From: Sedimentisphaerales bacterium
GTDB lineage: Bacteria > Planctomycetota > Phycisphaerae > Sedimentisphaerales > Anaerobacaceae
Reading direction: 5' to 3'
NCBI GenBank assembly: GCA_040772485.1
Contig: JAXGYC010000008.1
Span: 224,001-288,000 of the forward strand
Length of the DNA: 64,000 bases
Of this stretch, positions 1 to 10,389 are shown in pieces (positions within the stretch are counted from its first letter, which is position 1; the number at the start of each line of letters is the position of its first letter). The notes under the pieces were generated by a model. The model did not search any database. It worked only from the letters and a program-made list of their open reading frames with translations, and was not told where the DNA came from. A program made the position numbers and the translations under genes.

Positions 1-2016
1 CGAGTTGTCGTACTTCAGAGGCATCGACTGCCGCCCACCGTGGACGATGGTCCGCTCGGCGAACGGGGCGTTGAGGTAACCGACCGTCGAGCCGGTGTTG
101 TTGACCCAGCCATCCAGCCAAGTGTCGAAGATCGTCGTTTTGGCATCGACGTCGTCGTTGTAGCTCTCGAAGTCATCCACCACCGCAAATTCAGCCGTCG
201 TGAAGCTCCACAGGACGCTGGCCCACGCCGGGACGTCATCGGCCTCGTTGACCTCCTCGACCATCCAGTAGTACGTGGTGCCGAATTCCAGATCGCTTGG
301 AACGAACGCGGCAGCGCTCACCGTCCCGGCCAGGGTCGCGGCGTCTGCGGCGGTCCCCAGATACACCTTGTGCGAGACGGCCTCGCGACCGGCGCGCCAG
401 CTCAGAGCCGCGTCGATGGCCACGTTGGCAGCGCCGTCGGCCGGCTGCGGCTGGCGGGCTTGGGCGGGAATGAACATGAAGCGGACTTCGCTCAAGCCGT
501 ACTGGTCCATCATGCCCCATCCGCTGTTGACGGTCAGGCGGACGTACTTGGCCGCCACACCACCGAAGCTGACGGTTGTGTTGGCTGTGTACGTGGCCTT
601 GGCGGTGGCTTTGGCGAATTCGACGTCGCCCAGAGCGGTCCAATCGGTCCCGTCCAACGAGTACGAGACGGCCACGTCCTTGAGCCCGAAACCGAGAATC
701 AACTCGAACTCGGCGTTGTAGTTCCACACCAGCATCTCGTGGAGCTTGTAGACGCCGTCGAACTCGTACTGAATATAGAGGTTCTCATCCGCCGGAGCGG
801 TGGCCAGCCACATGTCCGTGGTCTTCGTGGAATGCTGGCCGTCGGCATCCAGGCCCGAGCCGTTGACGGTGTTCTCCGGCCCGGCGCCCTCCTCCGGGGT
901 CCCATTGCTCGTCGCGGTGACGGTCTCGATTGCGTAGGCGAACGCTTCGGTCGTGAAGCTCCAGACCTCACCCTTGAAGATGCTGTTGGTCGGCGGTGCA
1001 TTGACCTCATCGACGCGCCAGTAATACGTCTGGCTGAAGCCGAGCAAGCCGGCGGGATCATACGCCGTCGCGGCCTGACCCTGGCTGAGCAGCGCACCCA
1101 TCGGATTGGTCCGGCCCGCGTCGTTGACGTCGTCGAACGCTGTCCCGAAGTACACATCGTGGGTCGCCGCGAACTCCCCTGCCTTCCAGGCCAGAACGGC
1201 GTCTCGCAAGACATCCGTTGCCTTATCGGCGGGAGCGGGCTGGGATGCCAACTCTTTGACACCAAAGATCCCCATGGCCCTGTATGCCCCGAGTTCGGCG
1301 ACCTCATGGTCCGACAGGGCGAGAGCGGCAAAGGCGAAATTATCCAGCTCGCACCCGGCGTACGCGGTGGCATCCGAATCCGAGAGGATCGTGAACTGCC
1401 CCTCGTCCTGCTGGGCGTTCGTGTACAGGCTGCTGTTGCCGTCAAGACCCTCGGCACCGAGGTTGTCAAACACCTTCATTCCATCGACATAGACATCCCG
1501 GACCCAGTTGCCATCCTCCAGCCTGCGCACCACCACCAGGCGAACCCACGTCTGCAACGGGACGACCCCAGGATCGGAATAAGAGCCCGAACCGACGGAC
1601 CCATCGGCGGCGACCCAGAAATCGGCGGCATTGTAGTTGTTATACCCCGTGTTATAGACGGGCAGCCAATCGGCATCTGTGGCCTTGAGGTCAAAGACCA
1701 TGGTGTACTCGTTTGTGTAGCCACCCCCTCCGTTCTCGACCAGGTCGTCGATATCCACCCGCAGGAAGTCATCCGGGCCCGTCTGCATGAAGATCGCCTT
1801 CCCCCCGGAGATGCGGATCGCAGCCGTCGTCGGATTGCGACGAATCAGACTGGCGGGATCCGATGCCCTGTCAGCCGGAATCTCGTGCGCCGGATCGAAG
1901 TCACGTGTGAATCTCCACTCTGCCCATGGAACTCCCTGTGGCTCGGAGAATCCATAAACTGGACGCATCGACAGCAGGCTCAGAACCAGTCCAAGGTGAA
2001 GCAGTCCCGTCTTCAT
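1..2016 (-). CDS. Large secreted LamG-like jellyroll/discoidin-domain protein (runs off the window start)
   Basis: ATG at 2016 with GGAGG RBS; signal-peptide-like MKTGLLHLGLVLSLL; open frame to base 1. Motifs NGGGGYTNEYTMVFD, QTYYWRVDEVN, FKGEVWSFTT, YIQYEFDGVYKLHEMLVWNYN and HGGRQSMPLKYDN are typical of Phycisphaerae secreted LamG/F5-8 proteins. Absent from the ORF track because there is no stop in the window. Confidence 0.85.
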   Translation of the reverse strand, partial: MKTGLLHLGLVLSLLSMRPVYGFSEPQGVPWAEWRFTRDFDPAHEIPADRASDPASLIRRNPTTAAIRISGGKAIFMQTGPDDFLRVDIDDLVENGGGGYTNEYTMVFDLKATDADWLPVYNTGYNNYNAADFWVAADGSVGSGSYSDPGVVPLQTWVRLVVVRRLEDGNWVRDVYVDGMKVFDNLGAEGLDGNSSLYTNAQQDEGQFTILSDSDATAYAGCELDNFAFAALALSDHEVAELGAYRAMGIFGVKELASQPAPADKATDVLRDAVLAWKAGEFAATHDVYFGTAFDDVNDAGRTNPMGALLSQGQAATAYDPAGLLGFSQTYYWRVDEVNAPPTNSIFKGEVWSFTTEAFAYAIETVTATSNGTPEEGAGPENTVNGSGLDADGQHSTKTTDMWLATAPADENLYIQYEFDGVYKLHEMLVWNYNAEFELILGFGLKDVAVSYSLDGTDWTALGDVEFAKATAKATYTANTTVSFGGVAAKYVRLTVNSGWGMMDQYGLSEVRFMFIPAQARQPQPADGAANVAIDAALSWRAGREAVSHKVYLGTAADAATLAGTVSAAAFVPSDLEFGTTYYWMVEEVNEADDVPAWASVLWSFTTAEFAVVDDFESYNDDVDAKTTIFDTWLDGWVNNTGSTVGYLNAPFAERTIVHGGRQSMPLKYDNS

Positions 2017-2197
2017 TGTCCCACCTCCCAAAAGGTCCACTCAACAGGCCCACACATCGCCGACTGCGCTGCCTGGCTGCGCATGTGTGAATACGAGCAT
2101 ACCTCCCTGCGTTCGCCGGCAGAAAGGAACGCACCAGTCCCCAAGCTAATGCATTTGGGCAGATAAATCAAGATGTCGCTTTCTCTGAAGGCCACCG

Positions 2198-3061
2198 TCA
2201 ATACCTGTCGCGGAAGCTGCTCAGCCACTTCGGCCAATCCGCGTCGGAGCCGGTCATCGGATTGTCCGTGTTGTAACTCTTGTGCCACTTGAGCCTCCAA
2301 AGAGCGCGGAGCGGGACGCGGGCTGCCGAGCCGTCCAGAAACGCCGAGTTGATCGCTCCATTGTGGCGGTCGATGCAAGTCAAGCGCATCGCCTCGAATC
2401 CCCAGTCCCCCCAGGCGTTGTTCCATTCGTACGGCGGAGGCTCCTCCTCCAGAGGGGTGTTGTCGTCCTCGGGAAAGACATCGACATAGACACAGTCCAT
2501 GAACATCGGGACGTTGACGGCCCCGCGCACGCTAATCGTCCGCCAGGCCTTCTCCGACGGGAATCCCCAGAACAACGCGACGCCGGACGGTGGAGAGGAA
2601 CACCACTCGTTGAGCCCGTAGCTGCCCGTGTCGAAATCAGCCCACCAGTTGCCCGACGTCGCCGGATCGAAAGGACCCCAGCAGGCCAGAGTGCCTCCAT
2701 GGCTTCTGTTTGCGGGGCCATCTCGCACAACTCTCGTGACAGGGCAGAAGCGTATCTTCTTGTCCATGTAATAGGGCAGCGTGGCCCCGATCCAATAGGC
2801 CTCTTGCGCGCTAAGGCCACGGCCTTCGACACTTTGCGGCAGCCTGCTCTCGTTGTCGAGGGCATACAGGTGGAAGACCTGTCCCCACTGTTGGAGGTGG
2901 GACCGGCAGACAACCGCCTGCCCCATTCTTCTCGCTTTTTGCAGTGCAGGCATGAGAAGGGCGATGAGAAGGGCAAGGACAGAAACAACCACCAGCAATT
3001 CGATGAGCGTGAAGCCCCTCGGACGAGCACCCTTTGGCCACGCTGTGCTCTCAGGCACCAT
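2198..3061 (-). CDS. Prepilin-type N-terminal cleavage/methylation domain protein with H-X9-DG C-terminal motif (DUF1559-like)
   Basis: GFTLIELLVVVSVLALLIALLMPAL N-terminus; DRHNGAINSAFLDG motif. Confidence 0.9.
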   Translation of the reverse strand: MVPESTAWPKGARPRGFTLIELLVVVSVLALLIALLMPALQKARRMGQAVVCRSHLQQWGQVFHLYALDNESRLPQSVEGRGLSAQEAYWIGATLPYYMDKKIRFCPVTRVVRDGPANRSHGGTLACWGPFDPATSGNWWADFDTGSYGLNEWCSSPPSGVALFWGFPSEKAWRTISVRGAVNVPMFMDCVYVDVFPEDDNTPLEEEPPPYEWNNAWGDWGFEAMRLTCIDRHNGAINSAFLDGSAARVPLRALWRLKWHKSYNTDNPMTGSDADWPKWLSSFRDRY

Positions 3062-3538
3062 AGTTGCCCCCAGGACGAGTGCGGTTTCCGTCTCGGCGAG
3101 CCTCAGCCGAGACGGCCAGGGTCTTCCATCCGACGTTCCCCAGACAACTTCGCCCGGCTATGCCTCCGGGTCGTGTTTCGACATCATACCATTGTCGCCT
3201 CCGTTGTGCCTACCGCGCTTGCGAGGTGTTTCCGGCCTTCCACGGCGAGCCTCTCACATGCATCGGCCCCGGCCTCGTCGCTCGTCGCGTCTGCTCTGCC
3301 CTGCTGATCGTGCCGGGGGCAGAATGGGGTTCGGCAATAGGGCAACTGCTGCAGAGGGAGGCATGCCGAAGAAGGAATAGGATGGTGGGTCTACGGATTC
3401 CGACATGAGAACGGGGCAGAACTGATGCCCGGAACTATTGTGGTCCGGTGCAGTGCTTGGGTATCATAGGGCACGTGGCGTGAAGGAGCATGATCTATGA
3501 AGCCAAATGGGAAATCCTGGTTGAGAGGAGACACAGCC

Positions 3539-4426
3539 ATGAATCGGACTGTTGAACGTCGTGACTTCCTGAAATACGCCGCCGTGGCGGCAGGAACTGC
3601 CGTGCTGGGGTCATCGGCCCGGGGCGAGGAGCAAGCCAAGGGGGCCAGACTGCTCAAGGCGCTGCAATCCAACATGCTGCCAAAAGATCTGCTCGACGCA
3701 CAAAAGCTCGCGCTGGCGAGAAAGTGCGGCTTCGAAGGAATCGAGCTGAATCGGCCCCTGGAGGACCTCACCGCCGCAAAGGAGTTGGGGGCCCAGGCAA
3801 AACAAGCGGGCGTACCGATCCACTCGGTCGTCAACGGCTGGGGCGGACCGTTGTCGGACCCCAGGCCGGAGAACGTGGCTAAGGGCCTGGCGGACATGGA
3901 ACTGTCGCTGCGATGTGCCAAGGCGGCGGGGGCGGACGCCGTGCTGTTGGTGCCTGCCGTTGTCAACGACGAAGTCGGCTACGGCGAGGCATGGGAGCGC
4001 TCGCAGAAGAACGTCCGAAAGCTGCTGCCGCTGGCGAAGGAACTGCAGGTGACCATCGCCGTCGAGAACGTCTGGAACAAGTTCCTCCTCAGTCCGCTGG
4101 AATTCGCGCGTTACGTGGACGAATTCAACGATCCGTGGCTGCGGGCCTACATCGACGTCGGCAATATGATCCTGTTCGGGTTTGCGCAGGATTGGATCCG
4201 CACCGTGGGCAAGCGGATCGTCAGAATCCACCTGAAGGACTTCAAGCGTCAGGGCTTTCAGTGGACGAACCTGCTGGACGGCGACGTGAACTGGCCGCAG
4301 GTCCGTAAGGCGCTGGATGAGATCGGCTACCGTGGCTACTTGACGCCGGAGCTCTCCGGTGGCGACGAGGCCTATCTGACCGACCTGTCGAAACGCGTCG
4401 ACAAGATCATCGCCATGAAGGCCTGA
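3539..4426 (+). CDS. Sugar phosphate isomerase/epimerase (xylose isomerase-like TIM barrel) with Tat signal
   Basis: RBS GAGGAG before ATG 3539; ERRDFLK twin-arginine motif; IAVENVWNKFL, DVGN, IHLKD motifs. Confidence 0.88.
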   Translation: MNRTVERRDFLKYAAVAAGTAVLGSSARGEEQAKGARLLKALQSNMLPKDLLDAQKLALARKCGFEGIELNRPLEDLTAAKELGAQAKQAGVPIHSVVNGWGGPLSDPRPENVAKGLADMELSLRCAKAAGADAVLLVPAVVNDEVGYGEAWERSQKNVRKLLPLAKELQVTIAVENVWNKFLLSPLEFARYVDEFNDPWLRAYIDVGNMILFGFAQDWIRTVGKRIVRIHLKDFKRQGFQWTNLLDGDVNWPQVRKALDEIGYRGYLTPELSGGDEAYLTDLSKRVDKIIAMKA

Positions 4427-4814
4427 CGCGGGCAGCTATGCTCCGTGGAGAGCAGCAGCGCACGCCAATGGACCATGATGCGTACGATCCCTGCGTTGGA
4501 CCCGCCCTGGGCTTTGCCGCATCTGGCTGTGCGATGCACGTGGGTTTCAGACCTCTCTACCGTTTGGCCGCAACCGACGTCACGACTGGAGCGTACGGCG
4601 GCAATAACTAACGCCCAGATAGAGCTTGACTGCCCCGGCGCTGCCGCGGAAGATACCTGACATGCGGCCTCCCACCGTTGGCCGCATGTTGTTCGGGAGG
4701 CGGATCGTCCGCGATCCCGAAGGGGGATGCTTTTGACGTGGTGCGGGCAAGACGGCTGTAGCGCAAACGCATGACGCACCACTCACGACGTCCGATGCAT
4801 GGGAGGTTGGAGCC

Positions 4815-5837
4815 ATGAAGACGTACGGTGTCGGCGTGTTCGGGATCGGCTGGGTCGCGGGAGAACACATCAAGGCCTACAGGCAGAATCCCCATATGAG
4901 GGTAGCGGCGCTGGCCTCGCGGCATAGGCAGTCGGCCCAAGCCGCCAAGGACAATCTGGCCCTGGACTGCGAAGTGATGGACACCTTCGACGATCTCGTG
5001 CGGCGGGATGACGTCGACGTCATCGATATCTGCTCCCCGAATGCATTGCATGCCGAGGAGGCCGTTGCCGCCGCCGAGGCGGGCAAGCACGTGGTTATTG
5101 AGAAGCCCATCGCGATGAATCTCCGAGAGCTTCAGGCGGTTCGAGACGCCGTCGTCAAAGCGAAGGTCAAGTCCCAGGTCGGCTTCGTCCTGCGTTGGAA
5201 CCCGCACATTGCGTCGATCCGCCGCATGATCGACAAGGGCGGCCTGGGTGACCTCTACTACACCGAGGTCGATTACTACCACGAGATCGGCCCCTGGTGG
5301 AGCGGATGGAGCTGGGGGGTTGCCACCCGAGAAGGCGGGCCCAGCGCCAGCCTCGTGGCCGGTTGTCATGCCGTGGACCTGCTGCGTTACTTCGGCGGCG
5401 ACGTCGAGGAAGTCTTCGCGTATGGTGCGTTTGGCCACCGCAGAGACTATGAGTACGAGCCGACCTATGCGGCCGTCGTCAAATTCCGCAACGGCAAGAT
5501 CGGCAAGACCGGTTGCAGCTTCGAAAACGAGTGCCCCTATGTTCTCAATATCGTTCTCCACGGCCACAAGGGCTCGGTCCTGAACGAGAAGTTCTATACG
5601 AAGGAGTGGTTCCCGGGTCAGAAGGGCTGGCAGCAGTTCAACAGCACCTTCGCCGAAAGCGGCGACGTGGCCCACCACCCCTTCCAGGGGATGGTGGACG
5701 ATCTGGCCGCCGCGATTGTGGAGGACCGGGAAGCAGCGGCCGGCATACAGGAAGCGTACAACTCGCACGAGCTTTGCCTGGCGATCGACCGCTCGATCGC
5801 GACCGGCCAGACCGTGAGACTGCCTTTGACCGGATGA
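4815..5837 (+). CDS. Gfo/Idh/MocA family oxidoreductase
   Basis: Rossmann GVFGIGWV; HAE..GKHVVIEKP; HAVD. Confidence 0.9.
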   Translation: MKTYGVGVFGIGWVAGEHIKAYRQNPHMRVAALASRHRQSAQAAKDNLALDCEVMDTFDDLVRRDDVDVIDICSPNALHAEEAVAAAEAGKHVVIEKPIAMNLRELQAVRDAVVKAKVKSQVGFVLRWNPHIASIRRMIDKGGLGDLYYTEVDYYHEIGPWWSGWSWGVATREGGPSASLVAGCHAVDLLRYFGGDVEEVFAYGAFGHRRDYEYEPTYAAVVKFRNGKIGKTGCSFENECPYVLNIVLHGHKGSVLNEKFYTKEWFPGQKGWQQFNSTFAESGDVAHHPFQGMVDDLAAAIVEDREAAAGIQEAYNSHELCLAIDRSIATGQTVRLPLTG

Positions 5838-5898
5838 GGCGAGAGAGGCGCCAGGGCCACCGTCAGGGCCGATTCGAACAGCGGAAAAGGAGAATGCA

Positions 5899-7173
5899 AT
5901 GGCAGAGAAACTGGCAATCGACGGTGGCCCGAAGGCCGTGACTAACACGCTGACCCCGTGGCCGCGGTTCGATGAGAATGCGATCAAGGCGGTCGAGCAG
6001 GTGCTGCGCTCGGGCAAGGTCAACTATTGGACCGGCCCCAAGGGCATGGAGTTCGAAAGGAAGTTCGCCGCCTGGCAGGGCAGCCGGTTCGCGATCAGCA
6101 CGTCCTCCGGGACCTCTGCCCTGCACGTGGCCCTCAGCGCCGTGGGGATCGGCCCGGGCGACGAGGTGATCGTCCCCAGCTACACGTTCATCGCCAGCAG
6201 CTTCTCGATCGTGCAGGCGGGTGCGATTCCACGTTTCGCCGATGTGAACCTGGACGATCACTGCATCAGCGTGGCCTCCGCTGAGAAGCTCGTCAATGAG
6301 CGGACTCGGGCGATCATGCCGGTGCACCTGTATGGAAACGTATGCGATATGGATCCTATCCTGGCGTTCGCGAAGAAGCACGACCTATTCGTCATCGAGG
6401 ACAACGCCGAGGCATTTGGCGGTGTCTACAAGGGCAAGAAGACCGGTACCTTCGGCCAAATGGCCGCATGTAGTTTTTGCCAGAACAAGACCTTCACCAC
6501 CGGCGGCGAAGGCGGGATGGTGACGACGGATGACGAAGACCTCGCTTGGAACGCCCGCAGCTTTCGCGATCACGGCTATGATGTCAAGGAGCGGCTGCAC
6601 CTGCTGGAGCTGGAACAGAAGCTGCCTTACATCCACAACATGGTGGGCTGGAATTACCGCATGACGGAGATGCAGTCGGCCATCGGCCTGACCGAGCTGG
6701 AGCGGATGGACACGTGGAATATGCCCAACCGGCGGCGCAACGCCCATATCATCATCGATGCCGTCAAGGACCTGCCCCAGATGAAGTACATGCCCGTGGA
6801 CACGCCCGAGCGGCAGAACGGCTGGTACGTGATGGCGTTCTCGCTGGACATCGAGAGCATGAGGTGCGACATCACGGAGTTCGTCGCGGCCGCCGGGGCC
6901 GAGGGGGCGCCCTGCTGGAGAGTCTTCTGGCCTCAATGCCATACGGAGAAGGCTTACACACAGCACAACGCCTTCGGACGGAGCGGGTTCCCATTCAAGT
7001 CGAAGGAATACACAGACCCGCGCAGCGCCGATTACCGTCACGTGGAGGTTCCCAACGCGATCTGGCACCAGGACCATACCTTCACCTGTTTCGCATTCCC
7101 GACGTTCACGGAGGACGACTGCCGTCAGATCGGTGCCGCCTTGAAGAAGGTGATCCAGGCCTACGGCCGGTAG
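5899..7173 (+). CDS. DegT/DnrJ/EryC1/StrS family PLP-dependent sugar aminotransferase
   Basis: SSGTSALH, GDEVIVPSYTF, PVHLYG, IEDNAEA, SFCQNKTFTTGGEGG, GWNYRM. Confidence 0.93.
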   Translation: MAEKLAIDGGPKAVTNTLTPWPRFDENAIKAVEQVLRSGKVNYWTGPKGMEFERKFAAWQGSRFAISTSSGTSALHVALSAVGIGPGDEVIVPSYTFIASSFSIVQAGAIPRFADVNLDDHCISVASAEKLVNERTRAIMPVHLYGNVCDMDPILAFAKKHDLFVIEDNAEAFGGVYKGKKTGTFGQMAACSFCQNKTFTTGGEGGMVTTDDEDLAWNARSFRDHGYDVKERLHLLELEQKLPYIHNMVGWNYRMTEMQSAIGLTELERMDTWNMPNRRRNAHIIIDAVKDLPQMKYMPVDTPERQNGWYVMAFSLDIESMRCDITEFVAAAGAEGAPCWRVFWPQCHTEKAYTQHNAFGRSGFPFKSKEYTDPRSADYRHVEVPNAIWHQDHTFTCFAFPTFTEDDCRQIGAALKKVIQAYGR

Positions 7174-7186
7174 AGGAGACCGCGCT

Positions 7187-8251
7187 ATGCGGAAGATAGG
7201 ATACGCCATCATTGGTTTCGGCGGCATCGCGGAAAACCGCATTGCGAAAGAAGGCTTCGGCATGGACGGCAGCCGCTTCGCTGGACATCCAACCGCTGTC
7301 CTGGCAGGCGTCACGGATACCAACGTCACACGCAAGGATGCCGCGTCGCGACTGGGGCTGCGGTGGTACGACTCTGTGGACGCAGTTCTCGAAGATCCAG
7401 GCGTAGACGCGGTGTTCATCGCCACGAACAACCGGTCCCATGCCCCTCTGGCACAAAAGGCCATGGAGGCCGGCAAGCATTGCCTCGTCGAGAAACCGAT
7501 CGCAACGACGTTGGACGATGCCCGGAGGCTGCAACAACTCGCGCGCCAACGGCATGTCAGCCTGGCCGTGGACCATATGATGACCGAGAACGCGTACAAC
7601 CAGCGGGCTCGCGAGCTGGTCGCGGCAGGCGCCATCGGTGAGGTCAATGACATATCGCTGCACATGGAGTTCTGCTATGGCTCTACCCCCAACGAGGCCG
7701 CCACCTGGCGATGCGCCGATCCGTTGGAGATCGGTGGGCCTGTTGGCGATGTGGGCAGTCATTGCCTCTACATGGCGGAATTTCTTCTGAACGGCACAGT
7801 GAAATCCCTGTCGTGCGTGTACACGCCGAGAACTCTGAACATTGCCGTTGAGAATGGAGCGTTTGTCCATTTCCGATTGGATACCGGCGTCCAGGGCACA
7901 GCGCAGGTGGCGTTCAATCGGCCCCGCGGTGGTCTCGGCGGAACGTTGACCAATCTCGGATACGAGATCTACGGCACAAAGGGTGTGATCCGGGGCTACG
8001 GCACGCTGTTCCAGTTGTCGGGGCATCCCGGCGAACCGGTCCCCATCCGTCTCGAACTGGATCGTTTCACAGATCCGGAGACAGTCAGACTGGACCAGGT
8101 CAGCAACATATACCAAGCGGTCATCGGTCGTCACGCTCGATCTATCCTCAACGGCGGGCTGTTAGAGGCTGAGGATGCTCTGCACAACCTCGAACTTGTG
8201 TGCGCCTGTTACGAATCTGCCGACGGGGAGGGGCGGTGGATCGACTTCTGA
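7187..8251 (+). CDS. Gfo/Idh/MocA family oxidoreductase
   Basis: IIGFGGIA; GKHCLVEKP; GGPVGDVGSH. Confidence 0.9.
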   Translation: MRKIGYAIIGFGGIAENRIAKEGFGMDGSRFAGHPTAVLAGVTDTNVTRKDAASRLGLRWYDSVDAVLEDPGVDAVFIATNNRSHAPLAQKAMEAGKHCLVEKPIATTLDDARRLQQLARQRHVSLAVDHMMTENAYNQRARELVAAGAIGEVNDISLHMEFCYGSTPNEAATWRCADPLEIGGPVGDVGSHCLYMAEFLLNGTVKSLSCVYTPRTLNIAVENGAFVHFRLDTGVQGTAQVAFNRPRGGLGGTLTNLGYEIYGTKGVIRGYGTLFQLSGHPGEPVPIRLELDRFTDPETVRLDQVSNIYQAVIGRHARSILNGGLLEAEDALHNLELVCACYESADGEGRWIDF

Positions 8252-8644
8252 TGAACGATTGCCTGACGATAGAGATAGGGATGGAGATGAGGGCCGGTTC
8301 CTCACTGTGGAAAGGCAGACCTTGGCGCTTTGCAGGCTCGCATTCCACCTTTGGTCTGCGTCCACCTCACCTGTCTCTACAGCCTCTCGCTCCCTTTTCT
8401 TCCCCGGCTCTGCCTGCCCTTCCCCGCTCTGAAGTAGTCTGTCGTGATTCCGAAACCAGTTGTTCCGCGGGAAAAGGGAGGCAACGAACGGCCGCTGAAC
8501 CTTGTGTCACTACTATCTCGAATGCCGCGTGTGAAGAACCACAGCCCCATATGGTTGGACAAACCTCAGGCGAATCCCAGTGTCCCCCACGGCTCCGGCC
8601 CCTGTCCCGGACGGCCAGGACCTCAGGATCGCCAGTCTGGCTCC

Positions 8645-10240
8645 TCACGGTTTGGGAAACAGCGATTCGATCAACGCCAGGGTTTGCTCGACCAGTTCGC
8701 GCCCGCCTTCGGGGCCGATCTCGGTGCTCGCGGGAACCGCACCGTAAGCACCGCCGGCTACCGATCGGCGTGTGGGAAGGTACGTGCCGGCTCCCGTGAG
8801 TTGGACCACCAGAGTCTGCACCGCTCGGCTGCGCTGCTGTATCTGGACGCCATAATCCAGGTACAACTCGAACGGATTGGTCGCGATGGCCAAGTCGCCG
8901 ATGCGCAAGACATGGACCTCGTAGGGGAGCTTGGGGTGTTCCTGCTGTAGCTGGAAGCGGTCTCGGACGCTTGCCCCCCACATGGTTCTGCGATACGCCT
9001 GCGTGATCTCCGTGTACCACCGGTTGTTTTGCCTGGTTTCGGGATGCTCTTCGATGGTGCGACGCAACTCTTCGTACCGTTGCCGCCAGCGCTCCGACTC
9101 GCTCAGCGCCGAGGCCACGTCTTCGGCTGAGACCTGCCGCCGCATGAGCTCCACCTGCGCCACGCGATGGGCGAACGTGGGGCTCCATTCGATGGTCTTT
9201 TCCAGGTGCGGCAGGACCGAAACAACCGCATCGGCCAGGCGCTGCGCGATCTGCTGCCGACGATTCCGCCCCGTGATGCGTTCTATCCGTTGTTCGGCGT
9301 TTTCGCGTGTGCTCCCGCGGCCAATCAGATGGGGCGACTGATCGCCGGCCGCAGACGCTTGTGGCAATACAAAAAGACCCGGGCCTAATCGACGCCGCAG
9401 CTCTTCGCGCGTGTCGTGCCAGAAGTCGGCGCTAACCTGATACAGATTCTCGCTGCACTGCGACGGACAGGCGACGTTGATCACAACACCCGTCAGCGTC
9501 TTGTCTCGATCCCAGGTGAAGAGCAGGCCGACGCCGTGATCCTCGTATCCTTCGATGTGACTGAAATCGGGGCGCTCGGTGGGCCCGTACAGTTGTGACT
9601 GACCCGAGTCGTATGCCGTAAGCCGATTGTGGCCGACGACGGCGGAGCCCAAGCCGAAGCCGATGCCGCCGGGCTTGCGGCTCTTCCACGCCTGCTCCAC
9701 CGCCCCGGCGATGCGCACCGCAGCGTACTCCCGGTACTCGACGCCCGGCATAGCCGCCAGCTCGATGCCCCAATCCGCCCACGCGGGCGGAAGGTCCCAG
9801 CCATACTCTCTGGCGAGAGCGGCCTCACGATCCTGTGACCGATTGCCGAAGGCGGGCGCTGTGTGGGTATGGGTGGCGTTGAGGAACACCTTCGTCGGAT
9901 CAAGCTCGGGCAGCTTCGTGCGAACGTGCTCTCGAACCCGATCGCGCAGTTGATCGCCGATGGCTACCAGGTCGCAACTGACCAGGACGGCCCAATCTCT
10001 CGTGGCCCCCTTCTCGACCGCCTCCAGCGCCAACGCGGTGGCGGTCACGCGGTCCAGAATCCCCTCGGAAACACGGGCGTGGAATTGTCCGCGCAGCACC
10101 ACGGGCTGGTCGGGTGTAATGTCCACCGTGGCCCAACCGATGCAGAGATGATTCGACGCCGGGTCATTCGCGAAGACCGTTGTCGGTGCCATCAGGATGG
10201 CGGCCAGCACCGCGGTACTCAAGGATATGTTGCTGCTCAT
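8645..10240 (-). CDS. Secreted hypothetical protein, neutral/alkaline ceramidase N-terminal-like
   Basis: GGAGG RBS and signal peptide; VDITP, NATHTHTAP, VSADFW, AAGDQSP, PFELYLDYG motifs. Confidence 0.7.
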   Translation of the reverse strand: MSSNISLSTAVLAAILMAPTTVFANDPASNHLCIGWATVDITPDQPVVLRGQFHARVSEGILDRVTATALALEAVEKGATRDWAVLVSCDLVAIGDQLRDRVREHVRTKLPELDPTKVFLNATHTHTAPAFGNRSQDREAALAREYGWDLPPAWADWGIELAAMPGVEYREYAAVRIAGAVEQAWKSRKPGGIGFGLGSAVVGHNRLTAYDSGQSQLYGPTERPDFSHIEGYEDHGVGLLFTWDRDKTLTGVVINVACPSQCSENLYQVSADFWHDTREELRRRLGPGLFVLPQASAAGDQSPHLIGRGSTRENAEQRIERITGRNRRQQIAQRLADAVVSVLPHLEKTIEWSPTFAHRVAQVELMRRQVSAEDVASALSESERWRQRYEELRRTIEEHPETRQNNRWYTEITQAYRRTMWGASVRDRFQLQQEHPKLPYEVHVLRIGDLAIATNPFELYLDYGVQIQQRSRAVQTLVVQLTGAGTYLPTRRSVAGGAYGAVPASTEIGPEGGRELVEQTLALIESLFPKP

Positions 10241-10389
10241 AGTTCCTCCAAGTCTCTCCCGGCCGGACCGGCACACGGACACGACCTTTCAATAGTCCTG
10301 ATGTTACCAGAGGATGAGAATAGCCACAAATGCAGAGCTTGACAAGTGTGGTACAGGGTGTGCCTGTCAAGAACCAATCCTCCGCCTCC

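Noticed and set aside
40..2166. 708-aa plus-strand ORF
   Set aside because: Antisense shadow of the real minus-strand LamG-type gene (1-2016), which has an RBS, a signal peptide and family motifs.
8252..8644. ~390-bp gap between convergent genes with a pyrimidine-rich tract
   Set aside because: No credible ORF, repeat or RNA motif recognised.
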